DNA from: an uncultured Planctomycetia bacterium
GTDB taxonomy: Bacteria > Omnitrophota > Gorgyraeia > 2-01-FULL-45-10
Assembly (NCBI GenBank): GCA_964352425.1
Contig: CAYGRZ010000005.1
Span: forward strand, 1-61,206
Length of the DNA stretch: 61,206 nt
Direction of reading: 5' to 3'
This document shows, piece by piece, positions 60,109-61,206 of this stretch. Under the pieces are notes generated by a model that saw nothing but the letters and a program-made list of their open reading frames with translations, made no database searches and had not been told where the DNA came from. Made by a program: the position numbers and the translations under genes. Every line of letters begins with the position of its first letter. Position 1 is the stretch's first letter.

Positions 60109-60798
60109 ATGACAATATTCCTGAAAGCGCTGCTCGTGCTTATCATAGCCTTCGCCGTGTTCTGGACGGCGATAGCGGTCCTGTTCAAGAAGGAAATCAG
60201 GGCGGTCTTCGACCGCGATCCCGCGGCCGTCAATTTCCTGGAGGTGCTCCTTACCTACTCGGGCCTCCACGCGATCATCTTCTACAGGGTAACACACAGC
60301 TTGCGCGCGATGAGCGTGCCGTTCCTGCCGCGATGGATGTCGCAGCTGGCGCGGTTCTTGACCGGCATCGAGATACATCCGGGAGCCGAAATAGGGAACC
60401 GTTTCTTCATCGACCACGGGATGGGCGTGGTCATAGGGGAGACGACGATCATCGGTGACGACGTGCTTCTGTACCAGGGTGTCACGCTGGGCGGCACCGG
60501 GCTGCAGAAGGGAAAGCGCCATCCGACGATCGGCAATAATGTTGTCATAGGAACGGGCGCCAAGGTGCTCGGCAATGTCACCGTGGGCGACAATTCTTAT
60601 ATAGGCGCGAACGCCGTCGTAATAAAGGATGTCCCTGCGAATTCCACAGTCGTCGGTGTCCCCGGCAGGGTCACAAAACAGGACGGCAAAAAAATAGACT
60701 TCAGCCTCGACCATATCCACGTGCTCGACCCGCTGCTGCAGGAGATGGAAGAACTGAAGAAGCGCCTCGATAATATCGAGAAGCGAAATGACAAATGA
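60109..60798 (+). CDS. cysE: Serine O-acetyltransferase
   Basis: DRDPAA...[53 protein letters not shown] hexapeptide repeats. Confidence 0.9.
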   Translation: MTIFLKALLVLIIAFAVFWTAIAVLFKKEIRAVFDRDPAAVNFLEVLLTYSGLHAIIFYRVTHSLRAMSVPFLPRWMSQLARFLTGIEIHPGAEIGNRFFIDHGMGVVIGETTIIGDDVLLYQGVTLGGTGLQKGKRHPTIGNNVVIGTGAKVLGNVTVGDNSYIGANAVVIKDVPANSTVVGVPGRVTKQDGKKIDFSLDHIHVLDPLLQEMEELKKRLDNIEKRNDK

Positions 60799-60939
60799 CG
60801 AAATTCGAATGACAAGGCAAGTTTAAAGTTCAAAAGTCAAAGTTCAAAGTGACAGTCAAAAGTTTAAAACTTTTTACTTTAATTTTTAACTTTGGACTTT
60901 GGACTTCAATTGTCATTTGTGCTTTGACATTTGTCATTC
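60786..60939. repeat. AT-rich long palindromic intergenic element, copy B
   Basis: Near-identical to 53574-53747 but lacks the GC palindrome and one 7-nt subunit. Its first 12 nt form the last codons and stop of cysE. It ends 1 nt before the cysS ATG. Confidence 0.9.
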
Positions 60940-60940
60940 A

Positions 60941-61206
60941 ATGAATATGAAGATCTACAATTCCCTCACGAGAAAGAAAGACGAATTCATCCCTCTTGAA
61001 GAAGGCAGGGTCGGCATGTACGTATGCGGGCCGACCGTCTACGACGAGCCGCACATCGGCCATGCCAGGAGCGCATACATCTTCGATGTGGTGCGCAGGT
61101 ACCTCTCATATAAAGGCTATCGGGTGACGTTCGTGAGGAATGTCACCGACGTGGACGACAAGATAATCAATAAGGCAAGAGAAGCTAAGAGCTCAGAGCT
61201 GAGAGC
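60941..61206 (+). CDS. cysS: Cysteine--tRNA ligase (5' partial, runs off the window)
   Basis: [17 protein letters not shown]...[21 protein letters not shown]...[16 protein letters not shown] motif present. Not in the ORF track because no stop lies in the window. Confidence 0.9.
   Translation, partial: MNMKIYNSLTRKKDEFIPLEEGRVGMYVCGPTVYDEPHIGHARSAYIFDVVRRYLSYKGYRVTFVRNVTDVDDKIINKAREAKSSELR

Overview
This is a 61.2-kb chromosomal window from a diderm bacterium, shown by Bam, Lpt, Lol, Mla and Lnt genes. GC is moderately high and AGG/ATA codons are used heavily. An uncultivated lineage such as Omnitrophota is only a guess. Most of the window is densely packed housekeeping sequence: nfo-leuS, comEA-comEC, bamD-like-lptE-holA, rpsT, murJ, uvrC, frameshifted prfB, secA, lnt, yifB-yraN-spoVG, lysS, lolCE-lolD, ilvE, mcsA-mcsB-clpC, mlaEFD, yacL-ispD-ispF-cysE-cysS, plus tRNA-Ala and tRNA-Leu. 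Accessory or unusual parts:
(1) 1-2400: two toxin-antitoxin-like pairs and a decayed ORF6N gene, bracketed by a 63-bp perfect direct repeat.
(2) 2447-8759: a polysaccharide export locus (FecR-like, OM barrel, Wza-like, BY-kinase, O-antigen-ligase-like, TPR) preceded by three tandem 42-bp units that each look like a promoter.
(3) 31350-32331: an AT-rich island with a REP-associated tyrosine transposase (RAYT) flanked by GTAG-type REP hairpins. Further copies lie at 43.5 kb and 48.4 kb.
(4) 34527-35060: a 530-bp gene-free gap with an outward consensus promoter, a GC-rich core and a terminator, which I call a candidate ncRNA of unknown class.
(5) 43817-48334: an orphan 1505-aa signal-peptide protein with its own promoter, attenuator-like leader and terminator. 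Its only recognisable part is a GalT-branch HIT (HxHxQ) nucleotide phosphorylase-like core, and two near-identical 80-nt internal repeats split it into three blocks. This is my best candidate for undescribed biology.
(6) Several intergenic repeat families: about 160-bp AT-rich palindromic elements, GC-rich 20-nt palindromes, octamer and heptamer microsatellites, and paralogous leaders upstream of ispF and cysE.
No CRISPR array, rRNA or prophage was seen. All family assignments rest on motif recognition by eye. No database search was run.
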